From: Antedon mediterranea
Lineage: Eukaryota; Animalia; Echinodermata
Reading direction: 5' to 3'
DNA: 64,000 bases
Assembly: GCF_964355755.1 (NCBI RefSeq)
Contig: NC_092672.1
Location: 30,572,437 to 30,636,436 of the forward strand
This document shows positions 12,782 to 25,160 of this stretch, in pieces. The notes beneath the pieces were generated by a model. It worked only from the letters and a program-made list of their open reading frames with translations. It searched no databases and had not been told where the DNA came from. A program made the translations under genes and the position numbers. Position 1 is the first letter of the stretch. Each line of letters begins with the position of its first letter.

Positions 12782-14107
12782 GCTGGCGAGTGACAAAGAC
12801 ATATTACGACCCTTTTATTTAAATTTATTTGGATAGACCTCCATGTAAATTCATTAAAGGCTATATGATTGTTTTATATTTTAATATGTGATAGTAGATA
12901 ATCATTGTGCATAATGAAGACTATGAATCTAATATTTACTTGCATTCTCATCTTTTTAAAATTGTATTTATAATGCTGGTAATGAGTTTACTATTGAAAA
13001 AGTCATGTTTCCACTTATCTCAAATTGTGGCACACCTCTAACCTTGCTAGAACTGACTGTGTTCTACATGAGTACATTTATTCTGCCATAATGGTAGTGT
13101 TTCCACCATACTTCAACCTGGTAATTGAATAAATTTCATCGGGGTAAAATTTAAACTAATTATCACCTTTTAACATAAAGTATCCTGAAAAATGTTTGTA
13201 CTGTACTTCATCTAATATCCATTACTTAATACTAATTTGGGTGATTTATGTCTAACTTCAGGAATGATCTGAGGCTAGAAGAATGAATTTCTGTACATAT
13301 AATTTATATAAAAAATAAACCAATGTTTTCCTAATAACTTAACCCCTAGGTTGATAACTAACAAAGAAATTATTGAAATTGTGTTCTTACAATATATGTG
13401 TACTGTATCTACATATGCATACTGCGTTCAAAAGAAGAATGTTTTATAGTTATTATAGGTTATTTCCAAATATTAAAGGTCTGATATCTAACATAAACTA
13501 AATGTTATCAAACTATGTTTTTGAAAATCTTTATGATATAATAATTATAATAATATGAACATAATATTAAATTATATTGACTATTTTTGATAATCATCAT
13601 GTCCTTATAAATTCATTTATATTTATTTTGTGGTAATATAGTTTATATATTATGTATTAAATAAATTGGTAAGGCCCTATACTGTTTATATTTAAGGAAA
13701 GTTTATATACACTTTTATTTTATGCCTACCAATATTAGTATTAATTGTTTATGTAACTATTAATTTTGTCTAATTGCATTGGATTTTTGTATAGGCCAAT
13801 GGCATTAATGTTTTTCTCAAAGCAAATTAGCCTAATAATGCCATATTTAGACACATAATTCATTGATTTCTGATATTCTGTACTTGTGTATGCATTACTA
13901 AAATAGTAGTTATTTTATTACTTTTATAATGTATAAACATTTATTCATTTTTTTTTTACATTTTTTAATTTAAAAATTATTAAAATACCTATCTACCTTT
14001 CTGTTATTGTTACTATTATAATATTTTTTGAGGCAGATTGAATTCAATAAAAAAAAATTAAAACAATTAATTTGACTTATACTGTACTATGTTAGTAAGT
14101 GTGTGTG
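12782..14107 (+). repeat. 1.3-kb direct repeat, copy 2
   Basis: Near-identical to 6806-8141; preceded by ...attttccatga instead of the Chapaev end. Confidence 0.95.
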
Positions 14108-14842
14108 GGCAGAATCTGGTGTGTTGGAGGTTGGTGATGCGAGGTGTATAGTTGTCACTTTAAGACCTAAATTAGATGTTTTCTGAAGAAAAGAAGTAAG
14201 AGGATAGGCTTTCAAACAACTTCAAGAAGATTCACACAGAAATAATTACTTCCCAATAAAATAGTATGTAACAGTGTATATTACAGTACATTGAATAAAT
14301 TCGAGCGGAAAAATAACACACATGAAAAAACATTAATTTTCTTGTCGAAAAGCGCCCTCTCTAGTTTTCTATTAATTTATTAATAATTATTATTAATTAA
14401 TGAGCAATTATAAACATATTTTTAACATTAATGCTTAAAGCTGATTCTACTCCTAACAAAGTTTCTTACCTCCAAATTTCATCAATGTATTCAAAGCACT
14501 TCAATAAATATCACATTGAACATTAAAAATTAGGGTTATGATAGAATTTTGCTTAAAAACATATACAAAAAACATCGATAAAAAATACTTTTCGAATTTA
14601 AAAACATTTGAAACTTTTTTTATATGTTCAATATAGGTTGCTCTATTCACAGAAAAAAAATTTCATTCATGAACGTTTTTTTTTTGGACTGTATTTTCAA
14701 AATCGTTATTAGGTTTAAAAAATGCGTTGGAGTTGTATGATCTTTCATAAGTGTACATTTTGTAAAAACGTAAATTTAAAAAATCAGTGATATGGCTCGA
14801 TATTTATTTATTTTTTGCAATATGGTGGATGGAGCAACCAAC

Positions 14843-15056
14843 TTTGCGATGGGGCGACTTTGTAATGGGGCGACTGTGCCGGGGCGACTTTGTTTTGGGG
14901 CGACTTTGCGATGGGGCGACTTTGCTATGGGGCGACTTTGCTATGGGGCGACTTTGTATGGGGCGACTTTGTATGGGGCGACTTTGTATGGGGCGACTTT
15001 GTATGGGGCGACTTTGTATGGGGCGACTTTGCGATGGGGCGACTTGACTGGATCCC
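14843..15056. repeat. 15-16-bp minisatellite (atggggcgactttgt)n, probably the subterminal array of a TIR element
   Basis: About 13 tandem units ending ggggcgacttgactggatccc; the unit resembles the reverse complement of the 61878-62206 unit. Confidence 0.85.
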
Positions 15057-18000
15057 GGTTTGGGTACGGGTTGACCAGGACACCCTAGCTAGAATACGGG
15101 TCAACTCGTACCAATGGCTGCCAACTCGTACCCATCAGGCATCATGGATGGGCTAGAATACTACTTACAGGTTAGGTTAGCCTAGCTGGGCTAACCTACC
15201 TCACCTCTCACATGTCCTGAAAAGTAGGCCGAAAATGCGACCGAAATTACTGAAGCCCAGCAACCAACCAACCAGGCCTAGAAGGCCTACTTAATTTAAA
15301 ATTAACTCTATAATAGGCCTAGGCTAGCTAGCCCTAGATAGATTAATTAGTGATCCGTAGTAGTGGGCTAACACCTTTGGCTCTACTACGAGGCCTTTTT
15401 ATGCTCATAGGATAGCTTTTTTGCGGCGTACCTAATCTAGGCCTATGCCTATCTAGGCCAGATTTCCCATTCTCGCAGGACTATAGCCTATGCTCTAGTG
15501 TAGGGCTAGTGGGTGTACCCTGGTCGACTCGTACCCATGCAAACTCGAAACTTCATACCCACCCCCTCATACCACCCAAATAATTGGTTGATTTCACGCT
15601 AGTATGCCTAGCCTAGCTACGATATTCATTATGCCCTGCTAAAAAGGTAGATGAGCTACTAAACTAATTACGTAATTCGTACAATAATTGACTAGGCCTA
15701 GCCTAGGCCTTTCTTTCATGGCAATACCATAACCTGCTACTATTCTGGTTGCCGAGTGGATTTTATATTGAATATAGCCTATAACGTTACAAATTGTCTC
15801 CAGATAGGAACCTAATGACAGCGATATCGTGTATTAAAAGTACTTAATACAGTCAGATAGGTCTCTGGTAGACTGTCGACAGTCTTCCACGTTGAGTGTA
15901 CTCTAACAGCTACAGAATCGGGTGCAGGGAAGGTAACATTCTCTAAACTTAATACCATATGCCTGCGCATAAACGATTGTGGTCATATTTAGTTGGTTCT
16001 CAATTTTTCTTCTAAATATCAATGTCTCCGAAATCCTGTCTTAATGGTATCAATGCGACTTTGATAATCTAATTCGCCTTGAGCACTCTTGAGTGGTATG
16101 TGCGCTATAAAAATCCTGTTATTAATTATTATTATTAATTATTTACACTTTATATTATGTTAACCTTACAGTATTCATGATTTTAACAATACGGATTCTC
16201 CTTGACATGTCTATAATTACAGCTGAAACTGGTGTGTTTAAAAAAAACTATCTTAAAACGGCATTGTTTCTCAATGGGATTAGTCGACAGGATTACTAAT
16301 TTCTGTACGTACTTCCAAACAGGGTATTAGAAGTCATAAAAGTTAACATTGTCCCACCAACAACTCAGTTAGGTACGGCCGATTATCCTGTTCAACAAAA
16401 GCACTCATTTTAACATATGTTCTGGTGATTTCAACTATACCTATGTAGTATATAAAAAGCCAATTAAAAGGATATTTAAACAAAAATATATGCAATATAC
16501 CAGATTTAAGAGTTTGGAGCATTACATGACATAAATGAGAAACAGTAAACACCTTTTCTTGACAAAATATATCGATATATTTCAGTCATGTCTGACGGCT
16601 CCTCGAAAATGAAATGATGGATCGCCAAGTACGTCGGCCTTCAGTTAGATGATATGTCAAATTAATATTTTTATTCCATTCAACCCATGACTTTAGACGT
16701 CCTGACCTCCGTGCTCGCTCGATTGTTTACCATTCAAAAATATCTTTTCTATGGTCAACGTATATTGATAGCGTTTGTCTTTAAACCTATTACTTTAATA
16801 CCACCGAAATTTATTTTCATCGACGTAGCATACGCCAACTATGATATCATAACTCAAAAGTACTGATCTTGAGTTTAGTCAGTGCCCAGGTTTAGCATGC
16901 AAGGGCCTAACAATAAAAAAAATAGTAATAGTGCTTTTACTAATCGGACTTTCTCTATCACTTTAATTCCGCATAATCTATGTCACTGCCCCCTAGGAGT
17001 ACACACCTCAGAATCTGCATCCGCTCAATGTGGGATTTATAACGATGGGATGGTCACTAAGTGCCTCGAAGAGCCATCGCTACCACTAAACATTGACAGG
17101 AGAATAAGAGCCGGGAAACGTTATATTTGATGTGATGCTGATAACTTAGGCCTAGGCCTATATGATGCAAATGCGAATACTGTGGCCTAATAGTCGAATT
17201 TTGGTTCTGATACAAATAGTTATGAAGTATATCATAGACTATGTAAGATGATGAGACAAAGAAGAAAACAATGATAAATTAGTTATTATTCGATAAATAT
17301 TAAATCATTTAGACATCTATGTTTTAAATGATTTATCTTATCTTATATTTTTAGGATTAATCTGTAACAGTTAAATATAATGTATCCCGTAGGGTCAGAT
17401 CTAATGCCGTAGGTTTTCACAAATAATTACCATATATCTATATGTATACTGTAATTATTATAATTTCGTATAGCTCATGTAACGAAAAACAAATTATCCG
17501 ATGGCTTCGATTTATTAAATCTTGTAGGGGACCGGGATCGGAAATTTGAGGCATTGCTGTCAATGGAATTTTCGTATATCCTAAAGCCATGGGTAATAGT
17601 TGCAAAGATGCAAAAGGAGCTAGTCGTGTGACTCTTCGAGTTTTTAAATCATGTAGGGGGCGAATCGGAAATTTTGCGGTCAGTGGTATTTCAATATATC
17701 CCAAAGGGTAATAGTTACAAAGGGATTTTGTCGTGTGGCTTTTCACATGATTAAATCTTGTAGGGCCCAACGGGCATTTTTAGCCTACTCTCTCTAGAGC
17801 AACTCACAAGGTAAAGTTGCTGTCTTGAGTATGTTTGTATATCCCAAAGATGAAAAAAAATATGAATTTAAGTTAGTGTGTACCGACAGTTAGTGTTTAC
17901 CGACCGACCAAACCGACCGAAATTGCTGAAAATGTCAAATAAGACCAAAATAATCAGCTTTCGCTATTCGAGTTTTGGCCTTTAACGTAAAATGCATTAA

Positions 18001-18117
18001 TTATTAACATTGATAGTAAAGTTAAATTAAATAAGTTTAAATATAATAAGTATGCGTTATTTATCTTAAACGTATTTCAAAATAAAATAATGCTAATCAT
18101 GTTCTAGTAACGGTTTT

Positions 18118-18160
18118 ACCAGGGAAGAGTTAAATTACAGTAATTTAACTCTTCCCTGGT
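18118..18160. repeat. Perfect 43-bp palindrome
   Basis: accagggaagagttaaattac-a-gtaatttaactcttccctggt (21-bp arms, 1-nt loop). Confidence 0.95.
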
Positions 18161-18539
18161 TTTACTTTTAGTTTACCGGTGAGTCATTTGGTCTACTTTT
18201 AAATCGTTTGACCCTGTTAGAGCATGCAAGACTTTAAATTGTATTTATTAGTACATTAGCCGTAAATAAATAGATAAACTACGCGGATAACTTCGTCATA
18301 TCATCCTGGGCAAAATACATCAATCTTCGAATTATGAAGGATTTACCGGTATTGATTTTATAACCCAGATGGATAAGATCACCCAATGAAATGATGAATG
18401 ATGCTTTATTACGGGATTAATGCACTAATACCAATCTTATAAGAAATTTAAATATCTAGATTATAGTTAATTAAGTTTCAACGGCGTTTCAAGGTCCATC
18501 ATTATAGACAACAAAAAGACAACACAAATTATTTTATTC

Positions 18540-18610
18540 GCCCCAACCGAGACTCGAACTTGGACCGTCTGCTTGATTTGCAGTTGCCCTAACCATTAGA
18601 CCACTGGGGC
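18540..18610 (-). pseudogene. tRNA-like repeat module (relatives at 25287-25359 minus and 27257-27329 plus)
   Basis: gccccagtggtctaatggttag..ctgc-aaatcaa-gcag..gttcgagtc..ttggggc has A and B boxes and an acceptor stem, but an aberrant anticodon loop; the copies share upstream flank and lie near (TA)n. Confidence 0.6.
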
Positions 18611-18702
18611 TTTCATGGTATTGTTCTTTAACTCGTTTGGATAACGAGCCTTTAATATTCTCGGCGTGGTACGGTTGGAACACAACTAGTCCTCAGTTCT
18701 AG

Positions 18703-18707
<5 letters not shown>

Positions 18708-18788
<81 letters not shown>
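18708..18788. repeat. (TA)n microsatellite
   Basis: Uninterrupted TA run; other TA/CA runs at about 24060-24160, 24577-24602, 27618-27659 and 28380-28427. Confidence 0.95.
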
Positions 18789-18794
<6 letters not shown>

Positions 18795-18999
18795 CATAGA
18801 TCGGCATGCCATAAACAATTTCAATTTAAAATTTATATTAATCAAACAGGTTATGCAGGCTGTTCAAGAAGTGAACACATAATCGTCCTCTTAAAATAAC
18901 CAAGTCTATCATTAAAAATATCAATATGATTGCTATTTAGATTATTAAAATGTATATGGTAGTCTATGAAAAATTCCCCTTTTAGTACAGTCGACACGG

Positions 19000-19360
19000 C
19001 TAAAAGGAATATGCAATAAATGTCTATTTCGAGTACGACCAGGGACATTTAAACTAAATAGTGAAATTAATGAACAGTCATATTTAGAATTTAAAATGTT
19101 ATATAAAAAACCATATCAGATATCGTTCGACGATTGCTGACAGAGAATCAATGGAAAAGGCAAAATTAACACAGTTATAAGACAGGAATCTACAAACTTC
19201 CGTTGAACAGTGTCGATTCGACGGGCCTGACATGGAGAAATTGAATTGAAAATTACGGAACAATATTCAAGGTGAGGACGTATTATAGATTTGTATAAAG
19301 ATAAAAGTGCCCTGCCGTCGTTCATAAACATACAATTTCTCCATATCAAGCCCAACATTC
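19000..19360 (-). mobile_element. Decayed CR1/Jockey-group LINE, 3' ORF2 fragment
   Basis: LYKSIIRPHLEYCSVIFN..IDTVQRKF motif of the post-RT region. Confidence 0.7.
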
Positions 19361-19420
19361 TTAGTCTTACATCTATCTTCTTTTATTTATCAGAAGCCAT
19401 GAAATCGCTATTATACAAAT

Positions 19421-19806
19421 GGACGAGGATATACGTACAGCCGTACGTATAACGTGTTTTTTTCTTATACGTACCGATATTGGCCGCCGCTGGACATACA
19501 ACGTTAAACTCGTCCTAAATAGTAAAACTTGTTCTTAATAATAAAACTCGTCCTAAATATTAAAACTCATCCTAAATATTAAAACACGTCCTAAATATTA
19601 AAACACGTCCTAAATATTAAAACTCGTCCTAAATATTAAAACTCGTCCTAAATATTAAAACACGTCCTAAATATTAAAACACGTCCTAAATATTAAAACT
19701 CGTCCTAAATAGTAAAATTAATTAATTTAAAAAAAAAGCTAATCCTAAATCTAAATGCTCTATAACTGTTTGCCTTTCGTACCGTCGCTGTACGTATAAC
19801 CAGTCC
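19421..19806. mobile_element. MITE-like element with internal 19-bp tandem array
   Basis: Imperfect inverted ends (ggacgaggatatacgtacagc / gctgtacgtataaccagtcc) around about 11 copies of taaaactcgtcctaaatat (19505-19715). Confidence 0.6.
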
Positions 19807-20059
19807 CTATAGAATTAAGCTTACTTACAAGTTCTATTCTTCTTGTAACAATACCAAGCTTCAACTTGGCTATCGCCATTCAGTTTTTAGAAGCGGTCGT
19901 AGGTTAGGGGGTTGAACCGGATTAGTACTGGTACAGTACCTATATTGTCTATGCAGATGAGCTATGGTGCAATATTATTTGTGTTATTGATAGATGAACA
20001 GACGGATTTGTTTTCTAGTCGATGAACAGGGGAATCGGATTGACAGAAATTTGCTCAGA

Positions 20060-20162
20060 ATGGCTCGGTCTAGGTTAAATGTGAGAATGTTATTCATGTT
20101 TGTCGTCATCTGTTCCGGATTTATGTTGATTTTTTTTTTAAAGGATATTACTGATGTTTATG
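20060..20162 (+). CDS. Probable first coding exon of the sulfotransferase (cytoplasmic tail plus type II membrane anchor)
   Basis: MARSRLNVRMLFMFVVICSGFMLIFFLKDITDVY followed by a G|gtatgt donor (phase 1). A possible 33-nt exon at 22005-22037 (ccag|..|gtaagc) keeps phase 1. The link to the catalytic exon is inferred. Confidence 0.55.
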
Positions 20163-20320
20163 GTATGTAGTATTATTTACAGGCAATTAGTAACAACATG
20201 ATTTAAAATGCTAATACACGTGAGGAAACCGTACATTATTGTTATAGGAACAAAACGTGAAAATGTCAATGAATTAATATCATTGTTCACCGGTTGTATC
20301 TATAAAATAAATTTTATTAA

Positions 20321-20642
20321 AGATGTATTGTCCCCCTGAAAAAAATATTCTTAACAAAATTTGTGTTTAATATGTCATTTCAATGTATAATAGAAATCCA
20401 CTTCGACCAAAAATACCTGAAAAAACTGTAATATAAAAACAAAAAGCGGTCAAATTGGCTGCCAGCCAGTGTGTTTTTAGTTGAATTTAACCATTTATTT
20501 TGTCAATTTATCTGTGAAAACATTATTTTTTTTAATTTTTTTTTTCTATGGAAGTGATTAACTTTATTAAAACTACAAAATAAAATTCAAAGTCTGATTT
20601 AACTAATCTTCATTTTTCATGTTTTTGGGGGACATTACATCT
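20321..20642. mobile_element. Kolobok-like MITE
   Basis: TTAA on both sides; 15-bp TIRs agatgtattgtcccc / ggggacattacatct (1 mismatch). Confidence 0.7.
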
Positions 20643-22594
20643 TTAAATCATTAGAAAAATGTTCACAAATAAAATCAACAGTAGGTCTAGATGTGAACTT
20701 GAAAATGTCACACTAGAGAATCAATTATGCTTGTAACATAAACAAGACTGAAAAGAAATTAGGTAACGTGAAAGAAAAAAATATTAATGTGTATTTCTAA
20801 AAACCACATCCTATTCATTTTGTGCGTTTTTTTTGTCCAGTATAATTATAATATACTGTATGTGGCTCCAGGTGCGTGCGTGTGTGGGTGTGCATACGTC
20901 TGTGTATGTATAGTAAGAATTTGTTATGCGGGCCCATACATTATATATAGGTATATATGTACAGTATGTGTTTAAATATAAAATTTAAATTATATTTTAA
21001 AGAAATGTACTGAAAAGAATCAAAATTATATTGGGTCTAATTAAAACTCAAGAATTAAATAGCAAAACAAGTATCTAAATATTGATGTATACATTTTTTT
21101 AAAGACCCTTTTTAAGAGACAAAATTGTAAATTATATTTTACAGATCTGCTATACACTCTTAATTTTTAATTTAACATGCAAAAATGAAAGATGTACTAT
21201 ATGTTATAAAAGTGGGTTGCTCCTTAGAAAGGGAGAAAAAAGAATAACATTAATATTTTTCTAGAAACACAATACAATTGCAGTAATAGGTCTACCTATG
21301 GAATGTTTGCGCCACGGCGTTCCATATCTTTTTTTCGTTTTTGTGGAGTAAACACCACTTATATTCACATTCATATTATCTTTCATGTCATTACATTAAA
21401 TCATATTGTTTATTACATTTTTGTTAATTTCAAATGTCGCTACAATTCGACAAAACTTCATATGTAAAATTTTTAAATTTTTGAATTACGTATTAAGTCT
21501 ATTTTTTCATTAAATGTTCTTATATTTTTCTATAAACTTACAAAAAAAAATTAAACAAGTTAATACAAAGACGTTTGGTCTAAATAACCTTTTTGTTTTC
21601 AAACATCGTTAACACATTTACTTTCATTATACATGATTAACATTATCATCTATCTCGTTTTGAAATATTTTACAAAGAACAATTTTGTGAGTTTTTCATT
21701 TAATTTTTTCCATATCTACCTAATTCCTCTATGATTAAGTTCATCCATGAGGCAAAAATACAATTGCGAAGTAATCATAAAAACAATTGTACTGTTTTTA
21801 TAGATTTGGCGATTACCAGGAAAACGAAGCTCAAACACGAACACTTAAGTAACAACACTCATCTAGTGGTAAGTTAACAATTTAACTAACAATTAATTGG
21901 ATTCAACTATTTACAGACATATTAAAATTGGCCCTATTAAATAGGCCTACTATATAGGCCTAATCATCGATTCAAGATATATATGTTTTGTTCTCCGTAA
22001 CCAGAATATTGCACTGACATCGCAAACCGCACGTTAGGTAAGCTTGGTCCTTTCTTGCATTACGTACGTACCCAATGCAAGGACGTGTGGCTGCAACAAC
22101 GCAAGCGGATGTCAATCACAATGGTAGGCCTATAGATGGACAATCCATCGCTTTTATTGGTCAATTCGCTTAATTACGGCTTATGTCCAGGCGCTGCGTC
22201 CTATTAGAAATAAACTTACTGGGTTGGTACGTGGTTCTTACCCACCAAACCAACTTACGTTTACCGTAACCGGGTGCCTTATTTTTCCCATATTAAGTTA
22301 TGGCAGAAACTATAGAGGGCGTGTATATATATCTTAAAACAGCAATTTTGTGATCTTTTCTTTTCTGAATTATGTTATCCTTCCTAAATATGTTTAATAA
22401 AATAAAATAATAATCATGAATGTTCATAATGCCTGCCTGAGCTCATGACGTCATACTTAACAAACACACTGCCCTGATGCACGAGGTAGGCCCAATATTC
22501 AGAGCGTCATTTCGACGATCGATCATTCTCTACTTCTACGGAGCGCCATTTATGCCTTTATTTACTTCCGAATTAGAAATAGTACTACGGTAAC

Positions 22595-23425
22595 TGCTCC
22601 AGTGGATCAAATTTAGCACCGGTGGAACACAGTGATATAAAATATAAATAAGTCACTAATTTTAATATCTTTTCGTTTGTAAATACACTGTGCTCAAGTG
22701 GACACAATTTGGCGCCAGTGAGGAGCACAGTGATATAAAATAGAAATAAGTCACTGAATTTTAATATCTTTTCGTATGTTAATAACACTGTGCTCAAGTG
22801 GACCCAATTTGGAGCCATGGGAGGACAATGATATAAAATAAAAATAAATCACTGAATTTTAATATCTTTTCGTATGTTTATAACACTGTGCTCAAGTGGA
22901 CCCAATTTGGAGCCATGGGAGGACAATGATATAAAATAAAAATAAATCACTGAATTTTAATATCTTTTCGTATGTTAATACACTGTGCTCAAGTGGACCC
23001 AATTTGTAGCCAGGAGAGCACATTGATATAAAATAGAAATAAGTCACTGAATGTTAATATCTTTTCGTATGTTAATACACTGTGCTCAAGTGGACCTAAT
23101 TTGGCGCCAGTGGAGCACAGTGATATAAAATAGAAATAAGTCACTGAATTTTAATACCTTTTCGTATGTTCATACACTGTGCTCAAGTGGACCTAATTTG
23201 GCGCCAGTGGAGCACAGTGATATAAAATAGAAATAAGTCACTGAATTTTAATACCTTTTCGTATGTTAATACACTGTGCTCACGTGGACCCAATTTGGCG
23301 CGCGCGCCAGTTAGCACACAGTGATATAAAATAGAAAAAAGTCACTAAATTATAATATCTTTTCGTATTTTTCAATACACTGTGCTCTAGTGGACCCAAT
23401 TAGGCACCAATGGGAGCACAGGGAA
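22595..23425 (+). repeat. 97-100-bp tandem array (about 8 units), left foldback arm
   Basis: Unit cactgtgctcaagtggacccaatttggcgccagtggagcacagtgatataaaatagaaataagtcactgaattttaatatcttttcgtatgttaata; unit starts at 22686, 22786, 22884, 22981, 23078, 23175, 23272. Confidence 0.95.
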
Positions 23426-24056
23426 ATAGTCACATACAAAAACATCGAGAAAAAATAATTCTGGAATTTAAAAATATTTCAAACTTGGTATATTTGTTCA
23501 ATATCGGTTACTCCATCCGTAAACCAAAAGAAAAAATAGTTTCAAGCCACGTCAGTGATTTTAATAACTTGCGTTTGCTTAAGATACTACTTACGAAAAA
23601 ACATACAATTCCGACACTCATATGTTAAACTCTAATAATGATTTTTACAAAAAAAATCCGGTTTGGAATTCGATTTTTTCCCTGTAATTTGAGCAAATTA
23701 AATAAAAAATATACCAAGAAATATATATTAAAATCAAGGAGTTTTTTTTTGTTTACAAAAGAAATGTTCGTATGTTAATACACTATGCTCCAGTGGGTCC
23801 AATTTGGCGCCAGTGGAGCACAGGGAAATAGTCACATACAAAAACATCAAGAAAAAATACTTCTGGATTTCAAAAATATTTCAAACTTGGTATATAAGTT
23901 CAATATCGGTTACTCCATCCGTAATGCAAAAGAAAAATTAGTTTCAAGCCATATCAGTGATTTTAGTAATTTTCTTTCGTTTAAAATGTATATTTATGAT
24001 AGAACATAGAATTCCAACACATTTTTTATTTTGAAATCCAATATGACGCCTATTTT

Positions 24057-24164
<108 letters not shown>

Positions 24165-24394
24165 TCATGTTCCGAATATGAGCACTGTTTCTATAATTTA
24201 CAGTATGATTTATATATAATTTACACAGTGCTACGCAACATCATTGATTTACATATACACAATATTATTTAAAAAACCGTTGCGAATTAAAGTTGGAATT
24301 TATTCTGACTTGTTAAGCCTCCACTGATTGTGAAGGCGTTTGTTGTATGAGAGAATGTATCTGGTGGGTGAAAATCTGTGATAATACCATACAT

Positions 24395-24466
24395 GGCTCT
24401 GTGGTCTAGTGGTATGATACTCGCCTTGTAAGCGAGAGGTTGCAGGTTCCAATCCAGCCAGAGACA
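24395..24466 (+). pseudogene. tRNA-like module, anticodon position TGT (copies at 27811-27882 and 28179-28250, minus)
   Basis: ggctctgtggtctagtggtatgata-ctcgc-cttgtaa-gcgag-aggttgcaggttc(c/g)aatcc..cagagaca; cloverleaf with mismatches, embedded in a repeated unit. Confidence 0.6.
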
Positions 24467-24600
24467 TTTTTTCATACAACTAAAAAATACGGAACTTTCG
24501 CCAATGAGCTATGCTCGACGCGATTATGAGATCATGTTCCGAATATGAGCACTGTTTCTATAATTTACAGTATGATTTATATATATATATATATATATAT

Positions 24601-25160
24601 ATAAATCCAAAGGCAAATTACTAAAAAAAATGACAATGCTGTGGGTATCAGTGGCTGGATCTCAATGGAGATACAAAAATAAAAAGTGAAAAGCTAAATC
24701 AAAACGATAAAGTAAACAGCCAGAAAAGTTAGCAGAGCTTTCGAGCAACACTAGCCCTTCATCAGTGCAAGTAAAGGAATTTGGATAACGTCATAGTATA
24801 AAGCTGGCAAGTGCTGCCTGGGTGAACAGGAATAAAAGAAATATGACAAAGGGAGCCAGGGTGGAGTCTGAATAAGAGTAGAAAACAAAGAAGGTAGCTT
24901 GGTAGAGATATAAACAATTTTGGAATGAGACTAAAAAACAGCTTAAATGGTGGTTAATATTGAAACTTAAAATGTTGGTAGTCAATGGAATAATTTTCAG
25001 ATGAAGAGCTAGTGTTGCCCGAAAGCTCTGTTAACTTTTCTGGCTGTTTTACTTTATTGTTTTGATTTAGTTTTTCGTTTTTTTTTTGTATCTCCATTGA
25101 GATCCAGCTACATGATACCCACAGCATTGTCATTTTTTCAGTAATTTGCCTTTGGATTTA
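24601..25160 (-). mobile_element. Penelope-like element 3' remnant with inverted pseudo-LTR, in (TA)n (further partial copy at 27452-27617)
   Basis: 24601-24765 is an inverted repeat of 24998-25160, each ending in a hammerhead-like motif; inverted pLTRs and minimal hammerheads are typical of PLEs. No ORF recognised. Confidence 0.55.
24732..24768 (-). ncRNA. Minimal type I hammerhead ribozyme motif
   Basis: Minus strand GCA-CUGAUGA-A-GGGC-uaguguu-GCUC-GAAA-GC-UC-UGC: conserved core, 4-bp stem II, 3-bp stem I and palindromic AGCU in place of helix III. Confidence 0.65.

Noticed and set aside
14284-14691. Tc1/mariner MITE (ta-cagt ... actg-ta)
   Set aside because: Terminal similarity is only 4-6 bp, too weak to support.
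14787-15156. Repetitive ORFs in three frames (MGRLC, YGATL, WGDFV)
   Set aside because: Translation products of a stop-free 15-bp minisatellite.
22595-23425. CRISPR array
   Set aside because: Eukaryotic context, whole units are repeated with no unique spacers, and no cas genes.
24395-24466. Functional tRNA-Thr(TGT) gene
   Set aside because: Stem and T-loop mismatches, variable anticodon loops among copies, and embedding in repeats indicate tRNA-derived modules.
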